A stretch of DNA of 64,000 nt from Eledone cirrhosa (GCA_964016885.1 OZ024745.1:130448001-130512000), one strand, 5' to 3'. Counted from the first letter of the stretch, positions 39,853 through 55,762 are shown. Notes: generated by a model not told the origin, from the sequence alone. Program-made: numbers and translations.

Positions 39853-40024
39853 ATATATATATATAAATGTTATGCATTTCCGTAAAAAAAGGTAAGAGAA
39901 AGAACAGTGCTCAATGTATAGTACAGAGCTATTTCATTATATAGTAAACAACACAATATAATTATTCCATTACCAAAGGTTTCAGGAAATTAGACGATCC
40001 TTACAGAAATGTCCAGTTTGCCGT

Positions 40025-40450
40025 TGATCAGATGTATATATGTGTGCGTGTGTGTGTGTGTGTGAATGTGTGTGTGTGTGAATGCGTGTGTGTGTATGTG
40101 CGTGGGTGAATGTGTGTGTGTGTGTGGGTGGGTGTGAATGTGTGCATGTGTGTGTGTGTGTGTGTGTGAATGCGTGTGCGTGTGTGTGTGTGTGTATGTG
40201 TGTGAATGTGTGTGTGTGTGCGTGGGTGTGTGTGAATGTATGTGCATATGTGTATGCGTGTGTGAATGTATGTGTGTGTGCATGGGTTTGTCTGAATGTA
40301 TGTGCATATGTGTATATGTGTGTGTGTGTGAATGCGTGTGCGTGTGTGTGAATGCGTGTGCGTGTGTGTGTGTGAAGGTGTGTGTATGTGCGTGGGTGTG
40401 TGTGAATGTATGTGCACATGTGTATGTGTGAATATGTGTGTGTGTGTGTG
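40025..40450. repeat. Degenerate (TG)n with gtgaatg units
   Basis: Direct reading. Confidence 0.9.
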
Positions 40451-41022
40451 ATAGGTATTAAGAGTATGCTATGCGTGCGTATACATATATATATATATAT
40501 ATGTGTATATATGAATAAACACACACACATATTCATGTAGGCATGAATGTGTGTATGTATGGATGGATGGATATATGGATGTATGGATGGATGGATTGAT
40601 CGATCACCGTATGTATGTATAAGACATATTGGTATTTGAACAAGAAAATATTTCAGCAGCCCCGTAGAATCGCATCACCTTAGATACTATCCACACATAG
40701 AGATACATTCATATATCAAACATCGCACGTATAAAAGAAAAGCAAGAAGCAGAGTCTCTTGTTTAAGTTGCGTAAAACTAGATTTAAAATTCATGGATGA
40801 GATACTTAAATGATGTGCTAAAACTTCGCAGTAAATAGGAATGTAATGAAGTTAAGAACATAAATAGAAATATTCTAAAGCGAAAGAGTAGCGAAATATT
40901 GAACGCAAAGCAATTGAAATAACAATACATACAAAACAAATACGACATCAAAACTGAAGTCTTTCAGTGACACGCAAACAACATTTTACCATTCAAATCT
41001 TAACTACAACGATCATTCTTCA

Positions 41023-41111
<89 letters not shown>

Positions 41112-41367
41112 GCTGTCTCTCTCTATCTATCTATCTATCTCTATCTATCTATCTATCTATCTATCTCTCACCCATTCTGTCTCTGCCTATGTATATACAA
41201 GGGTGCCTGCAATTTATTTAAGGCGATATACATACATATAATTATAAGGGCGGAGTGTAGTCTATCCATGTAAAGGCTTGCTGGAAAAACAAAACGAAAC
41301 CGCTTGGCACAGGGGTCCTGATTTTACCTATCTTTCTCTCCCTCACACTTTTTCTCTCACTCTCTCC

Positions 41368-41874
<507 letters not shown>

Positions 41875-41910
41875 ATATATTTATATATATATATATTTAT
41901 ATATATATAT

Positions 41911-41960
<50 letters not shown>

Positions 41961-42405
41961 ATACACACATACATATGTGTGAGTGTAAGTATATATGTAT
42001 GTATGTATGTACGCATGTAAGCATATGTGTATATATGAATATACAAATATATCATATGTCCATATATAAATATATATCTATATTTATATATCTATATATG
42101 TGTGTGTGTGTGTGTATGTATGTGAGTCTGCTTGTGCGTTGTATCTTGTGTTGTGTGCGAGGAGCAGTGTGTGTGTGTGTGTACATGTGTGCTGTTTGCT
42201 GTGTGTGTGTGTGTGTGTTATTCATATTTCCAACAATAAGTAATTGAAAATAAGACGGCAATAAACGTAAAAGATATAAGAAGAAGACAAGTAAATATTT
42301 TAAAACAAACGAAAGAACGTGATTTACATAATGAAAATTGGAAACTGAAATATAGGAAAAGAAATTGGAGGAAATATTATCATCATTTTTAAAATCATGA
42401 ATATT

Positions 42406-42719
42406 GTCATCATCACCATCATCATCACCACCATCATCACCACCATCATCACCACCATCATCCTCACCATCACCACCACCATCATCACTACCACCATCAT
42501 AACCATCATCACCATCACCATCATCAACATCACCATCACCATCACCATCATCACCATCACCATCACCACCACCATCATCACCATCACCACCACCATCATC
42601 ACCACCACCATCACCATCACCATCACCATCATCACCATCATCCCCATCACCATCATCAACATCACCATCACCACCATCACCATCACCATCACCATCGCCA
42701 CCATCACCATCACCATCAT
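42406..42719. repeat. (ACC/ATC)n repeat
   Basis: Direct reading. Confidence 0.95.
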
Positions 42720-43466
42720 AGTTGTGTGTGTGTGTGTGTGTGTGGAGGGGGGTTATTTATTGCCATCATTTAGAAATCTATGTCTTCCGAGAATCTGGTA
42801 CATTGAAACTGTGGAACCAATGTTGTTTTGAAGGCTTTTTATTAAAATTGCACTTTCTTCTTTTTCTTCTTCTTCTCCTTTTGCAATGACCCTTCCATTG
42901 AACAATCAATGAATTTCGTAAGATGTGTACATAACAACAACAACAACAACAACAACAATAACAACTAATAATAATAATAATAATAATAATAATGATAACA
43001 ACGACAATGAATGATAATAGTAATGTTTTCTTATATTATATATCATATAAAATAATAATAATAATAATAACAATAATAATATATTTAACGGTAGTTGTGG
43101 TGGGAGGAAGTGATCGTGCTGATGAAGATGATGATGATGAGGATGATGATGATAATAGTGAATAATTAGATAAAACAATGCAGATGTACGTGAGGTATTT
43201 ACCGAAATTCCATGAAAACATTGTTATATAAATCTATTGTTTAGATAAATGTTTGTAATCAAAGGAAGGAGGACAGTAACAACAACAATGAAAATAATAA
43301 TATATAAAAAAACAAGAAGAAAAGTATAGCTGCCATCTTATTTTTCGTTTTGTCGTATTACCAAACACAAGTAAAGTGTACACACTTACACACTCTTCCG
43401 ACACACGGACTTAAACACCCAAAACCGTATTAAAATACTGAAATATAGACAAACAAATTTGATTTT

Positions 43467-46089
43467 ATGTGATGTATGTGATGTATGTGATGTATGTAAT
43501 GTATGTGATGTATGTGATGTGTGTGATGTATGTGATGTATGTGACGTATGTGATGTATGTGATGTATGTGATGTATGTGATGTATGTGATGTATGTGATG
43601 TAGGTAATGTATGTGATGTATGTGACGTATGTGATGTATGTGATGTATGTGACGTATGTGATGTATGTAATGTATGTGATGTATGTGATGTGTGTGATGT
43701 ATGTGATGTATGTGACGTATGTGATGTATGTGATGTATGTGATGTATGTGACGTATGTGACGTATGTGATGTATGTGATGTATGTGACGTATGTGATGTA
43801 TGTAATATATGTAATGTATGTAATGTATGTGATGTATGTAATGTATGTGATGTATGTAACGTATGTGATGTATGTGATGTATGTGACGTATGTGATGTAT
43901 GTAATGTATGTAATGTATGTGATGTATGAGATGTGTGTAATGTATGTAATGTATGTAATGTATGTAATGTATGTGACGTATGTAATGTATGTAATGTATG
44001 TAATGTATGTAATGTATGTAATGTATGTGATATATGTAATGTATGTGATGTATGTGATGTATATAATGTATGTAATGTATGTGATGTATGTGATGTATGT
44101 GACGTATGTGATGTATGTAATGTATGTAATGTATGTGATGTATGAGATGTGTGTAATGTATGTAATGTATGTAATGTATGTAATGTATGTGACGTATGTA
44201 ATGTATGTAATGTATGTAATGTATGTAATGTATGTAATGTATGTGATATATGTAATGCATGTGATGTATGTTATGTGTGTGATGTATGTGATGTATGTGA
44301 TGTATGTAATGTATGTAATGTATGTAATGTATGTAAAGTATGTGACGTATGTAATGTATGTAATGTATGTAATGTATGTAATGTATGTAATGTATGTGAC
44401 GTATGTAATGTATGTAATGTATGTGATGTATGTAATGTATGTGATGTATGTAATGTATGTGATGTGTGTGATGTATGTAATGTGTGTAATGTATGTAATG
44501 TATGTGATGTATGTGATGTGTGTGATGTATGTGATGTATGTGATGTATGTAATGTATGTAATGTATGTGACGTATGCAATGTATGTAATGTATGTAATGT
44601 ATGTAATGTATGTGAAGTGTGTGATGTATGTAATGTATGTAATGTATGTAATGTATGTGATGTATGTAATGTATGTGATGTGTGTGATGTATGTAATGTA
44701 TGTAATGTATGAGATGTATGTGATGTATGTGACGTATGTGATGTATGTAATGTATGTGATGTATGTGATGTATGTGATGTATGTGATGTATGTGATCTAT
44801 GTGATGTGTGTGATCTATGTAATGTATGTAATGTATGTAATGTATGTGATGTATGTGATGTGTGTGATGTATATAATGTATGTAATGTATGTAATGTATG
44901 TGACGTATGTAATGTATGTGATGTATGTAATGTATGAGATGTATGTGATGTATGTGATGTGTGTGATGTATGTAATGTATGTAATGTATGTGATGTATGT
45001 AATGTATGTAATGTATGTAATGTATGTGACGTATGTAATGTATGAAATGTATGAGTTGTATGTAATGTATGTAATGTATGCAATGTATGTAATGTATGTG
45101 ATATATGTGATGTATGTGATGTGTGTGATGTATGTAATGTATGTAATGTATGTAATGTATGTGACGTATGTAATGTATGTAATGTATGAGATGTATGTGA
45201 TGTATGTGACGTATGTGATGTATGTAATGTATGTGATGTATGTGATGTATGTGATGTATGTGACGTATGTAATGTATGTAATGTATGTAATGTATGTAAT
45301 GTATGTGACGTATGTAATGTATGTAATGTATGTAATGTATGTGATGTGTGTGATGTATGTGATGTATGTGATGTATGTTACGTATGTAATGTATGTGACG
45401 TATGTGATGTATGTCATGTATGTAATGTATGTGACGTACGTGATGTATGTGATGTATGTGATGTATGTGATGTATGTGATGTATGTGATGTATGTGATGT
45501 ATGTGACGTATGTAATGTATGTGATGTATGTAATGTATGTGACGTATGTAATATATGTGACGTATGTGATGTATGTGATGTATGTAATGTATGTGATGTA
45601 TGTGATGTATGTGACGTATGTGATGTATGTGATGTATGTAATGTATGTGATGTATGTAATGTATGTGACGTATGTGATGTATGTGATGTATGTAATGTAT
45701 GTGATGTATATGATGTATGTGATGTATGTAATATATGTGATGTATGTGATGTATGTGATGTATGTAATGTATGTGATGTATGTAATGTATGTGACGTATG
45801 TAATGTATGTGATGTATGTGATGTATGTGATGTATGTAATGTATGTGATGTATGTGATGTATGTGACGTATGTAATGTATGTGACGTATGTGATGTATGT
45901 GATGTATGTAATGTATGTAATGTATGTGACGTACGTGATGTATGTAATATATGTGACGTACGTGATGTATGTAATGTATGTGATGTATGTGACGTATGTA
46001 ATGTATGTGACGTATGTGATGTATGTGATGTATGTAATGTATGTAATCTATGTGACGTACGTGATGTATGTAATGTATGTGATGTATGT
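43467..46089. repeat. 2.6-kb 9-bp minisatellite (TATGTGATG / TATGTAATG / TATGTGACG)
   Basis: Direct reading; source of the 861-aa MYV ORF. Confidence 0.97.
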
Positions 46090-46209
46090 TTTGTTAATTA
46101 ATATTTTAATTTATACATTTTACAGCCTTCCCTATTCTTGCCTATATATTTATAGGCACGAGTATTTTGTTGCGTTTGAAATAGGGAAATAACACAAAGG
46201 ACAACGACA

Positions 46210-46830
46210 TTGATAATGGTGATGGTGGTGATGATGATGATGATGACGACGATGATGATGGTGGTGATGAGGGTGGTGATGATGGTGAGGATGCTGATGA
46301 TGATGGTTATGATCATCCTGACTATGATGACAACAACAACAACAACAACAACAACCATACAGTAATTGTGTCAAAATAATTTTGCAGAGAATAAGAATTA
46401 GGAAGAAGGATGTGGTGGTGGTGATGTTGGTGGGGACGATGGTGGTGGTGGTGGTGGTGGTGGTGGTGGTGACGATGGTGGGGACGATGGTGATGGTGGT
46501 GATGATGGTGATGATGGTGAAGATGATGGTCATGGTGGTGGTGATAATGATGGCGATGGCGATGATGGTGAACATGTAATGATTATGATAATGATGATTA
46601 GAAGTTGAAGAAGGGGAAGCAGATGGAGAAGGAAAATTAGCAGGAGAAGGCGTGAGGCGGAGGATGAGGAGGAGGGGGGATAGGTGGAGGAGGAGGAGTG
46701 GTGGAGGAGGAGGTGAGTAGGAGGAGGTGAGAAGGAGGAGATGGTGGTGGAGGAGGTGGTGGTGGAGTAGGAGGTGAGGATATGGAGGTGGTGGTGGAGG
46801 AGGTGGAGGAAGAGAGAATGGAGGAAGAGA
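46210..46830. repeat. (GAT/GGT/GGA)n trinucleotide repeats
   Basis: Direct reading. Confidence 0.9.
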
Positions 46831-47144
46831 AGAAGAAGGACACTGGGAAAAAAACAAAGCGTTTGCACAAACTACGAAAACAGAAGACAACAGAGCCATT
46901 GTTTCACATTGTTTTGGGGAAATATCAGTTATTTATCTGAAAATAGGGGAACACACATACACACACACATATATATATATACACACTCACACACACACAC
47001 ACACAGATATATATATATATATATATATGCACACACTCACACACATATATACATATACACACACTCTCACACATATATACATACACACACGCGCACACGC
47101 GCACACGCACATACGCGCACACACACGTACACCAAACAGCGGTT

Positions 47145-47708
47145 GTGTGTTTAGATATGTGTGTACGTGTGCCTGTATGGATATATATGTGTGTGTGTAT
47201 GTATAAGTATGTGTGTACGCGTGTCTGTATGGATTTATGTGCGTATGTGTATAAGTATGTGTGTACGCAAGCCTGTATGGGTATATTTGTGCGTGTATGT
47301 ATATATGTATGTGTACGCGTGTCTGTGTGGGCATATATGTGTACGTGCATATAGATATATATATGTGTACGAGTGCCTCTATGGATATATATGTGTGTGT
47401 GTATATATATGTTTGTACGTGTGCCTGTGTGGGTATATATGTGTGTGCATGTGTATAGATATGTCTGTACGCCTGCCTGTGTGGGTATATATGTGTGTGC
47501 ATGTGTATAGATATGTGTGTACGCCTGCCTGTGTGGGTATATATGTGTGTGTCTGAGTATAGATGTGTGTGTACGCCTGTATGGGTATATATGTGTCTTT
47601 CTGAGTATAGATGTGTGTGTACGCGTGCCTGTATGGATATATGTGTACGTGTATGTTTAGATATGTGTGTACGCCTGCTTGTATGGGCATATATATGTGC
47701 GTGTGTGT
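47145..47708. repeat. Degenerate ~48-bp TG-rich minisatellite
   Basis: Recurring atgtgtgtacg..tgcctgt(a/g)tgg(g/a)tatat. Confidence 0.8.
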
Positions 47709-48709
47709 GATTTTGTGTACGTATATATGTATTATTCGTATGTGGCTACCTATTTATCAATTTTTATAAAACAGAATTGCAATCCTACGTATTCCTTTTG
47801 ATCATAAACAATACGTTGTTAAATCATATGGTTTACATCATATAGGCTTAGATTACCTCATTGCCTCTCACTTCAAAGAATATTCTCTTTGAAGTTATCT
47901 CATATTGCAGCAACTATTACACCTTTATGTTGTTCCATTTGTAAAGTTGTAAGACCTGCCAAATTAAAGACCGTAAATTATAATTGGGACATATATAAAT
48001 CACATATATGGAATCCATGGCTGATATGTGTGTCTGTCCTAAACTTCCTTCTTCTGTAGTCACTCAATTGATGGTGTAGGTGTCTGGCCGCAAGCAATCA
48101 ACCATCCAGACATCAAGACACCCAGCCAATACTGTATTGAAGTGCATACACAAAGTGCTAGCTTTCTGAATAGTACCATGTCAATATTACATATACGATG
48201 TCTGTCTGAAAAGTAACGTTGGCACGGACAATTTATTTTAATTTCCAAACCACAAACTGCATGGTTTCCACTTCAGAGTAATCTCCTTCATATCAAAAGC
48301 ACTTCTCCATCCTTCTCTGCGACACTACTATGTACTTTGATTTACTATCCTTGGTAAATATTTTAACAAGATATTTATCTAACATTACATATATCAGGCA
48401 ACAAAATTCAACGTATATAAACGAAACATTCTAAATAAAAATACGATAGTCCAGCAATCAAGAGTTAGTAATAACGGTATATAGCTTATGGGCTGTGTTT
48501 AATGAAGTTAATTCTCATATATTGAATCCATCTTATAGTTATGGGTTGGTTTAGATCGAAGGTAGCATTTTTAGAGCAGAGATATTATATTGTAACGGAG
48601 TGTGCAATGGTGTAGCAGTTGTGATACGTTTGTGATATCAAGCCAGTCATAGTATTTTTATGTATGTCATGTGGATCTAGATTTTTACACTCATATTGCC
48701 TGCAAATTT

Positions 48710-48893
48710 AATAATTGTTTCTTCTTTAGCCAGCAATTACCCAGTACATTACTGGTACTTTATTTTATCGACCCCGTAAAGATGAAAGGCAAAGTTAACC
48801 TCGGCTGGATTTGAACTCAGACTGTAAAGGGACGTAACTATGCTAGAAAGCATGGCGTCCAACCCTCTACCGATACTGCCAATTCACCGCCCT
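48710..48893 (-). mobile_element. tRNA-derived SINE, main family
   Basis: Core and head match. Confidence 0.88.
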
Positions 48894-48939
48894 CTCAGGA
48901 ATAAGTGGAAGAAGAAGTAAATTACAATATATCTTGTGC

Positions 48940-49198
48940 AATAACCGAAAGAATACGATTGCGAATACAAGCGGCCAAAATGGGGTTCGTCCGAAAGGTG
49001 TTTGGAGTAACGTTACTCGATAGAGTGCATAACTCGGAGATCAGAGTGTCACTCCAGGTAGAGCCACTAAATCTCTGAATTCAGACATCAAAGCTCCGAT
49101 ACTATCAGCTTGTGGTTTAGAATGTCAAAGGAAAGAATCGCTGGACAGATTTTACGGGCAAAATAAACCGGCAGGAGTCCCAGGTGGAAACCCCCGAG
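48940..49198 (+). pseudogene. RTE-clade LINE C-terminal fragment
   Basis: Hand translation ITERIRLRIQAAKMGFVRKVFGVTLLDRVHNSEIRVSLQVEPL..LRYY..-RMSKERI...TGRSPR; stops and a frameshift. Confidence 0.8.
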
Positions 49199-49239
49199 CA
49201 ACATAGAGAAGAAAGAAAACAACAACAATTATCATTACT

Positions 49240-49935
49240 ATATAGGGAATCTTTCGATCATATGTCCTCACCCAGGTTGATATTGTCAAAATATTTCATC
49301 CCTTTAATCCCCAATCCTAAATATCGTGTTTGATATCAATCCTGGTATTTCATCTGGAATCCCTTCTTCCACATAATAAATTGTTCACATCATATTACCA
49401 GTGTTTAGATTATCTTCGTATTAGTCATTAGCTGCTTACGATACCCCTAGGTCCTTTGTGTATCATTTAAATTAGCCCATTCAATGAATGATAACAATGA
49501 TTGTCCCATAGCATAGAATTTCAGAGATTTAAACTTATTTATAATTCCTATCAGTCTTAAAGAGCTTTCTTCCTTAAGCACATTACACAGGAGGAAATAG
49601 CTAAGATGTGTGCAATCTATCCCCTGTATTCATGGTAAAAATATATATTCGAGATTCAATTCTTCATAAATTTGCAACAAAAAGTTATGGTAAGTTAGTA
49701 GGGCATCTGAGGAGGTGTAAAAGAACCATTAACCATTATGGCACAAATTCAGAGCTGGAGATAGAAAGCATCAGATGACGATAATTGAAAGGATTGTTGA
49801 ATACCATTCACTCAGTTGAAATTGCATAGATATAAACATCATACATAAGAATTATATTTGTAAAGAATATATTTTAAGTGGAGACCCATGATATTGAATC
49901 AAAGTATCAGGGATTCAATACAATCCCATACAGAT
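49240..49935 (-). pseudogene. Highly degenerate CR1/L2-like RT remnant
   Basis: Scattered GIVLNP (GSVLGP), KDLGV and G(H)MIE (RGDMIE) motifs in the expected order. Confidence 0.35.
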
Positions 49936-50060
49936 TTCATTTATTGTCTAATATATCATTCTATATACAAGACGAAGAATTTTAGAATTATATTTGCTAC
50001 TAGTAAGTTGACATAACACGTACCACCACCCCCCCTCTCTCTCTGTCTCTCTATCTCTCC

Positions 50061-50127
<67 letters not shown>

Positions 50128-50239
50128 TCTTTACCACACAATTTCATAAGCGAACTAAATACTGTTGACCGTTGCATTTGCATTTATACCAAAGATAGAT
50201 GAGAAGAGTTATCACATGGCATATATTATTTTGCTGTAA

Positions 50240-50380
50240 GGCAGCGAATTAGCAGAGTCGTTAGAATGTCGGATAGAATGCTTTCTGGTATTAATTTCTG
50301 GGTTCAAATCCCACTTAGGTCAACTTTACCTTTCATCCATTCGAGGTCAATAAAATAGCACCAGTATTGGGGTCGATTCT
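50240..50380 (+). mobile_element. Degenerate SINE
   Basis: gggttcaaatccca...actttacctttcatccattcgaggtcaataaaat. Confidence 0.7.
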
Positions 50381-50754
50381 TCCTCTATATTTCTTTCTCA
50401 CTTTATTTTCTATCCCTTTCTATCCTTCCTTTGAAGAAATCTGCTGTGTTCAAGCCTGGAGAGGAAATGGGCTCCGCCAGGTTTTTAAAAAGGCCCTAGA
50501 AACTTCGTATTTCAACACGGTGACACCACAACTCTCCCAGGCGTTATGGGACCATGTATACATTAATGTGGTACACAGATTTGGACATCAGGCTGCTATC
50601 TTATTGACTGTTTACTTTGTTTTTGTGGAGTTGTCCTGTTAATTAAATACTAACTATTTTTATCAATGCTGGAACAATGGGATGCAACTTTCAGCCCATA
50701 TATTGTAAACACTTTCATTAGGGTATTCACTATATTTATCAGACTGCAACACTT

Positions 50755-50955
50755 TATCGGTAGAGTGTTGGACAACATGCTTTATGGCATAGAGTTATGC
50801 ACCTTTACGATCTGAATTCAAAACCTGTCGAGGTTAGCTTTGTCTTTCATCCTTAAGGAGGTCGATAAAATAAGCACCAGTAACCTACTGAGTCCGATTT
50901 AATCGACTTTCTCCTCACCCAAAAGTGTTGGCCTTGTGCCTAGATCAGAAACCAA
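50755..50955 (+). mobile_element. SINE, long-tail variant
   Basis: Core and gatttaatcgacttt tail. Confidence 0.8.
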
Positions 50956-52440
50956 TATTAGTCTTTATTATATTTTATTTTTTTGTAACTTCATTCATTT
51001 TCTTTTTTGAATCTAATATGTATCGGTAGTATATTTAAGTGTTGGTGAATATAGCATTTAGTGAATTTTTGTGTGGTTATAGATATAGCATCAACTTTTA
51101 CGTTCATAATTTTGTTTAGTTTTGTTCTAAATTAAATAAATACTGAGAGAAATAAATTTCTTTTAAATCATTTGCCATTATGGAAGCTAGTTTAAAGTTA
51201 ATTGAACAAGGGAAAGAAGAAAGAAATTTAATTTCTGAAATGTGTGTATTTCATGCAAGCAATTTTATATTCCCCACAACAATTTAAAATAATTACTATA
51301 ACAATATATATATATAACAATAAAAAAAAGATGCAGCATACATTATTTAATAATAAATATTTGAATATATATTTCTTTGATTGTAATTTACCGAAAACAT
51401 CTCGGAAATTTTTCAGTATTTTAAAACAAGTCTATTTCCCTTTGGTTGGAACTGCCGGAGAGCAAGTGTATACCCTAAACATAATGAGGCGATGAAGCTG
51501 TTTAAATTCCCTTATGATGTGAATACATTTTACTTGAAGCACATATGCACATGCAAATGTCACATGTATTGCATTAATTTCGGAAAAACATTGCTATTAC
51601 CTAATCAAAATATAGAGTTGAACAATATCACGGAATCGAAAAATAAAAAAAGGATCATGATAGTTAAATAATGAAAAAAAAAGGGAAAGGGTAAAGAAGG
51701 GTGGATCTGGAGGATGGGAAAGTGGAGGAAAGAGTTTTAAATGCCATAAATGAGAAAAAAAGGGGGGAGCAAGGACTCTAGGGCCACGGAAGGAAATGAA
51801 AGGCAACGAGAAAGGGTGATGGGCTCTAGGCCTTGGGCGTGGCGGAGTTGGGGATGCGTCCCGCGGACAACAATGCAAAAGCCTAATTAAGAAATATTTT
51901 AGTAATATTGTGGTTAGCGCCATTGTGTAAAAGTGGATTTGCTTCCAAAAAAATTCAAAAAGTTGTTTCCTTTGGTAAATGAATTGTGCTAGTAATTTCG
52001 TAACAAGGCATGTTTACAAATTATTAATTAAAATGTTTATATATATTTAACTCTATGTTATTTGTTATATAACTAGAAATCTATACATTCACTATACAAA
52101 AATAAAATAATAAACAGAATCAATAATTCCTTATTGTAAATTATAATAACGAATATAATATATTTCAACTCTGGAATATTCAGTTATCTGCAGAATAACA
52201 AAGCCACGAGCAGAATGAAAATCCTTAGTTATAGAATGACAACATGGAATCTGTATGTGCATATGAATACATGTATATGCATGTATATGAGGTGCCCTGG
52301 CATGGCCTCAGCCGGATGGCTGAGGTAGGCAAAAGAGTGAAAGAGTTATATATAGATATATGTATATATATATATATGCACAACACACAAAATCAAGATG
52401 GTGTAGGACAGAACAAAGGAGAGACACAAAAGAATAACCA

Positions 52441-52485
52441 TGTCACTGAGGGAGTCACAGAATGTGTGACGAAAGAACTTTGACA
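52441..52485 (+). ncRNA. Minimal PLE-type hammerhead, variant core
   Basis: TGTCA-CTGAGGG-A-GTCACA/TGTGAC-GAAA-GAAC-TT-TGACA; perfect stems I and II; A9 substituted. Confidence 0.6.
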
Positions 52486-52632
52486 ATATATAAACCACCA
52501 TCCGATTATCGAACCAACCAACCAATGGGAAATTTATAATAAATTGAAGTGAAAACTAACAGGTGCGTCGGTTTTTATTGGCAGCATGACCCTTCCAAAG
52601 AATAACAATATGTATATATATATTTATATATA

Positions 52633-52804
52633 TCAGTTTGACAATCGCCACCGACGAATGAGAGAAAGTTCTCCAGGAAAGTTAACCAGGAATCTTTAAA
52701 AATCTCCCAAACGGGGAATCACTAGATCAACAAAACCAAATTGGAAATTTATAATATAAAATTAAATTAAATTGTTTAGAACTAAAAGTGAAGTTATTCT
52801 TTTC

Positions 52805-52807
<3 letters not shown>
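52633..52807 (+). mobile_element. Second copy of the 25700-25885 element
   Basis: tcagtttgacaatcgccaccga...agtgaagttattcttttcctt(TA)n. Confidence 0.75.
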
Positions 52808-52897
<90 letters not shown>

Positions 52898-53647
52898 TAT
52901 GTGTATGGGTGTGTGTGTGTGTGTGTGTATTCATATATACATATATATATAAATATATATAAATATATGTGTATTATGTGTGTGCCTGTGTGCGTGTGTG
53001 TGTGTGTGTCTGTGTCCATGTGTGTGTGTCTGTGTGTCTGTATCTGTGTATGAATGTATATAGTTTGGACCGAATTGGCTGCTTGTATAGAGTTGTGTTC
53101 CTGCAGAATGATCTTATTATCACTGCACCTCGGAAAATCTTACCACTCCATTCCGTTAAATTATTCATATTTGTAGCTACCGTGTTAAAATGTAAACAAT
53201 GACAGAATTCAGAAAAGTGATGTAAGATTGGATATTTGCAAAGGCTACGACAGCGCATATTATCTAGAAAATATTGCAGTTACTATTAGTGTAAGTGGTG
53301 TTCGATGTATTCCATCAGACTCTAGAAAATCAACGTACATTTTAATATTGATTTTCATTTTCTGTTATTAACGGTGAATCTGGATTAACAGTGCTTTAGA
53401 AATATATTATCGATACTCGATAAAGATCGTGAGATAACATGGAAGAATAGAAAATGAAAAACTAGTAAAGAATTCATAAAGCAAGTACATTCTGGAACAA
53501 ATATGAAAAATTGATTCGGTATTTGTCTTAGAAATGTTACGAATTTAAAGCTCATATCTACATTATTAAAAAATGAATGCCCATTTTAATCTCTGATTTA
53601 AAATATATACGAGAAGTGTAGTATTTTCTAAATATAAAAGATATCAT

Positions 53648-54580
53648 GGTGGATTGGCAGTATCGGTAGAGGGTAGGGCGATATGGTTTGAAGCATAGAG
53701 TTACGGCCCTTTGCGGTCTGAGTTCAAATCAGCTGAGGTTAACTTTGCCTTTCATCCTTACGGTGTCGAATAAATAAAGCTGGTGGTGGTGGTGGTGTTG
53801 ATGGTGGTACCAATAATTCCGATAATACAGATATTGATGATGATCATGAAATTATTAGTGTGGGTGATTAATTTGGTTTTCAAAAAAACGGTAGCTAGCA
53901 TTATATTATATAAATTATACAAAGTGTGGTAGATTGGCAGGATCGGTAGAGCGTCAAACGCCATGTTTTGCAGCATAGAACTAGGACCCTTTGCGGTCTG
54001 AGTTCAAATCTAGCCGAGGTTAACTTTGCCTTTCATCCCTATGCGGTCGATAAAATAAAGTACCAGTATTACACTGGGATAATTGCTGGCCTTCTGCCAA
54101 AAGTAGAAACAATTATTACATTATATTTAAATCTATAACCATAAACACACCTCCACATGTTCACGAAAACCCACCGTAGAAACATGAAGTAAGATTGGGA
54201 CATTTTATTATGTACAAAATAAAAAAAATATCCAATTTCTAGTAAAGAGAGCCATAGCTATGTTTGTTCTATACATTCGTAGATTTGACGTTTTTTATTG
54301 TAATACCATAAAATATTTTTTAGTGCTTACTACACTTTCATATTAGTCTTCGCCTATTTCTTCTTCTTCTTCTTCTTCTTCTTAGAGCATATGACATCAT
54401 GCTTCGTGGCATAGAGGTACTACACTTTACGTTCTGAATTCACATCCCGCCTTGGTTGATCTTTGCCTTTCATCATTACGAGTCAATAAAATAAAGTACC
54501 AGCCACGCACTGGGGTCGATTTAATCGACTTTCCCTTCCCCCCAAATTACTGGCCTTGTGCCTATACTAGAGAGATCATT
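53648..54580 (+). mobile_element. Three SINE copies (53648-53778, 53926-54117, long variant 54385-54580)
   Basis: Main-family motifs. Confidence 0.85.
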
Positions 54581-54835
54581 AATTATCTGTATCGTCTCCT
54601 CCTATACGTTTCTTCTCTTCTTCTCTCTATATTCTCTCTCACTATACTATCATATTTTATTATATATATATAGGGAGAGAGAGAGAGAAAGAGAGAGAGA
54701 GATCTTTCTTTATTTGCTACAGGGGCGTACAAAAATGGGACATTCCAAGACGTGACGGTTGAAGTGTTACATAAAAATAACTTAAACATTAATAAATAAG
54801 AAGAGAGATAGATAGATAGATATAGATATATCAGA

Positions 54836-55025
54836 TAGGGTGTGGTACAATACCAGGGGGACCATAACCCACCAGAGTACTCGATACTTTGGGTAGTAGA
54901 GTGGCTAATATGTAAAGATTCAGGACCCCCGACGACTGAGCTTCGGCCGTTTCGACACCTAGATCTGAGGTCAGTTGTAGGTTTCGAAACGGCTAGAGCT
55001 CACCCGCCAGGGTCCTGAATCTTTT

Positions 55026-55026
<1 letters not shown>
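54836..55026 (-). mobile_element. Family B palindromic element, diverged
   Basis: ggccgtttcgacacctagatc...tcgaaacggctagagctca; tail reverse-complemented. Confidence 0.75.
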
Positions 55027-55076
<50 letters not shown>

Positions 55077-55158
55077 ATACATGTATACATATATGTATAC
55101 ATATATGTGTGTGTGTGTGTGTGTATGTATACATATATGTGTGTGTGTGTGTGTGTGT

Positions 55159-55300
<142 letters not shown>

Positions 55301-55686
55301 TGGGGATCTGTGTGTGTGTACACACAGATATGTACACTCAGAAACACAAAATTATTAATATCCCCTCGTATATTCATATTTTCATTATTGTAATATTTGA
55401 AAATGAAATTTGAACAGCATTCAACCTTATTCCTTTGAGTGTAAATAGACTTGAAACAAATCAGCGATCAATCATATTGAAAAGAATTGCTTTACTATTG
55501 ATCTCATCAGAAAATATTATATCTGGATGGATCGCCTCTTGTTGGATGTACTGCCAATTTTACTTCTGTGCCACTGTTGCTCTGTGTTTTGTGCTTCTCA
55601 AATATATCTAAATCTTAGTGAGTTCGAGTTAAAAACTCACGAGGGAATGAAACCAAATATATGTATATATATATATATGTATGTAA

Positions 55687-55762
<76 letters not shown>

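Noticed and set aside
43607-46192. 861-aa ORF
   Set aside because: Translation of a 9-bp tandem repeat; no coding complexity
48058-48212. Possible coding exon (pyrimidine tract-AG, ~50 open codons)
   Set aside because: No recognisable protein similarity, weak donor site and no partner exons
50425-50520. TTGAAGA/CTGGAGA ... GAAAC-TTC-GTA hammerhead-like text
   Set aside because: Core and stems too degenerate to support
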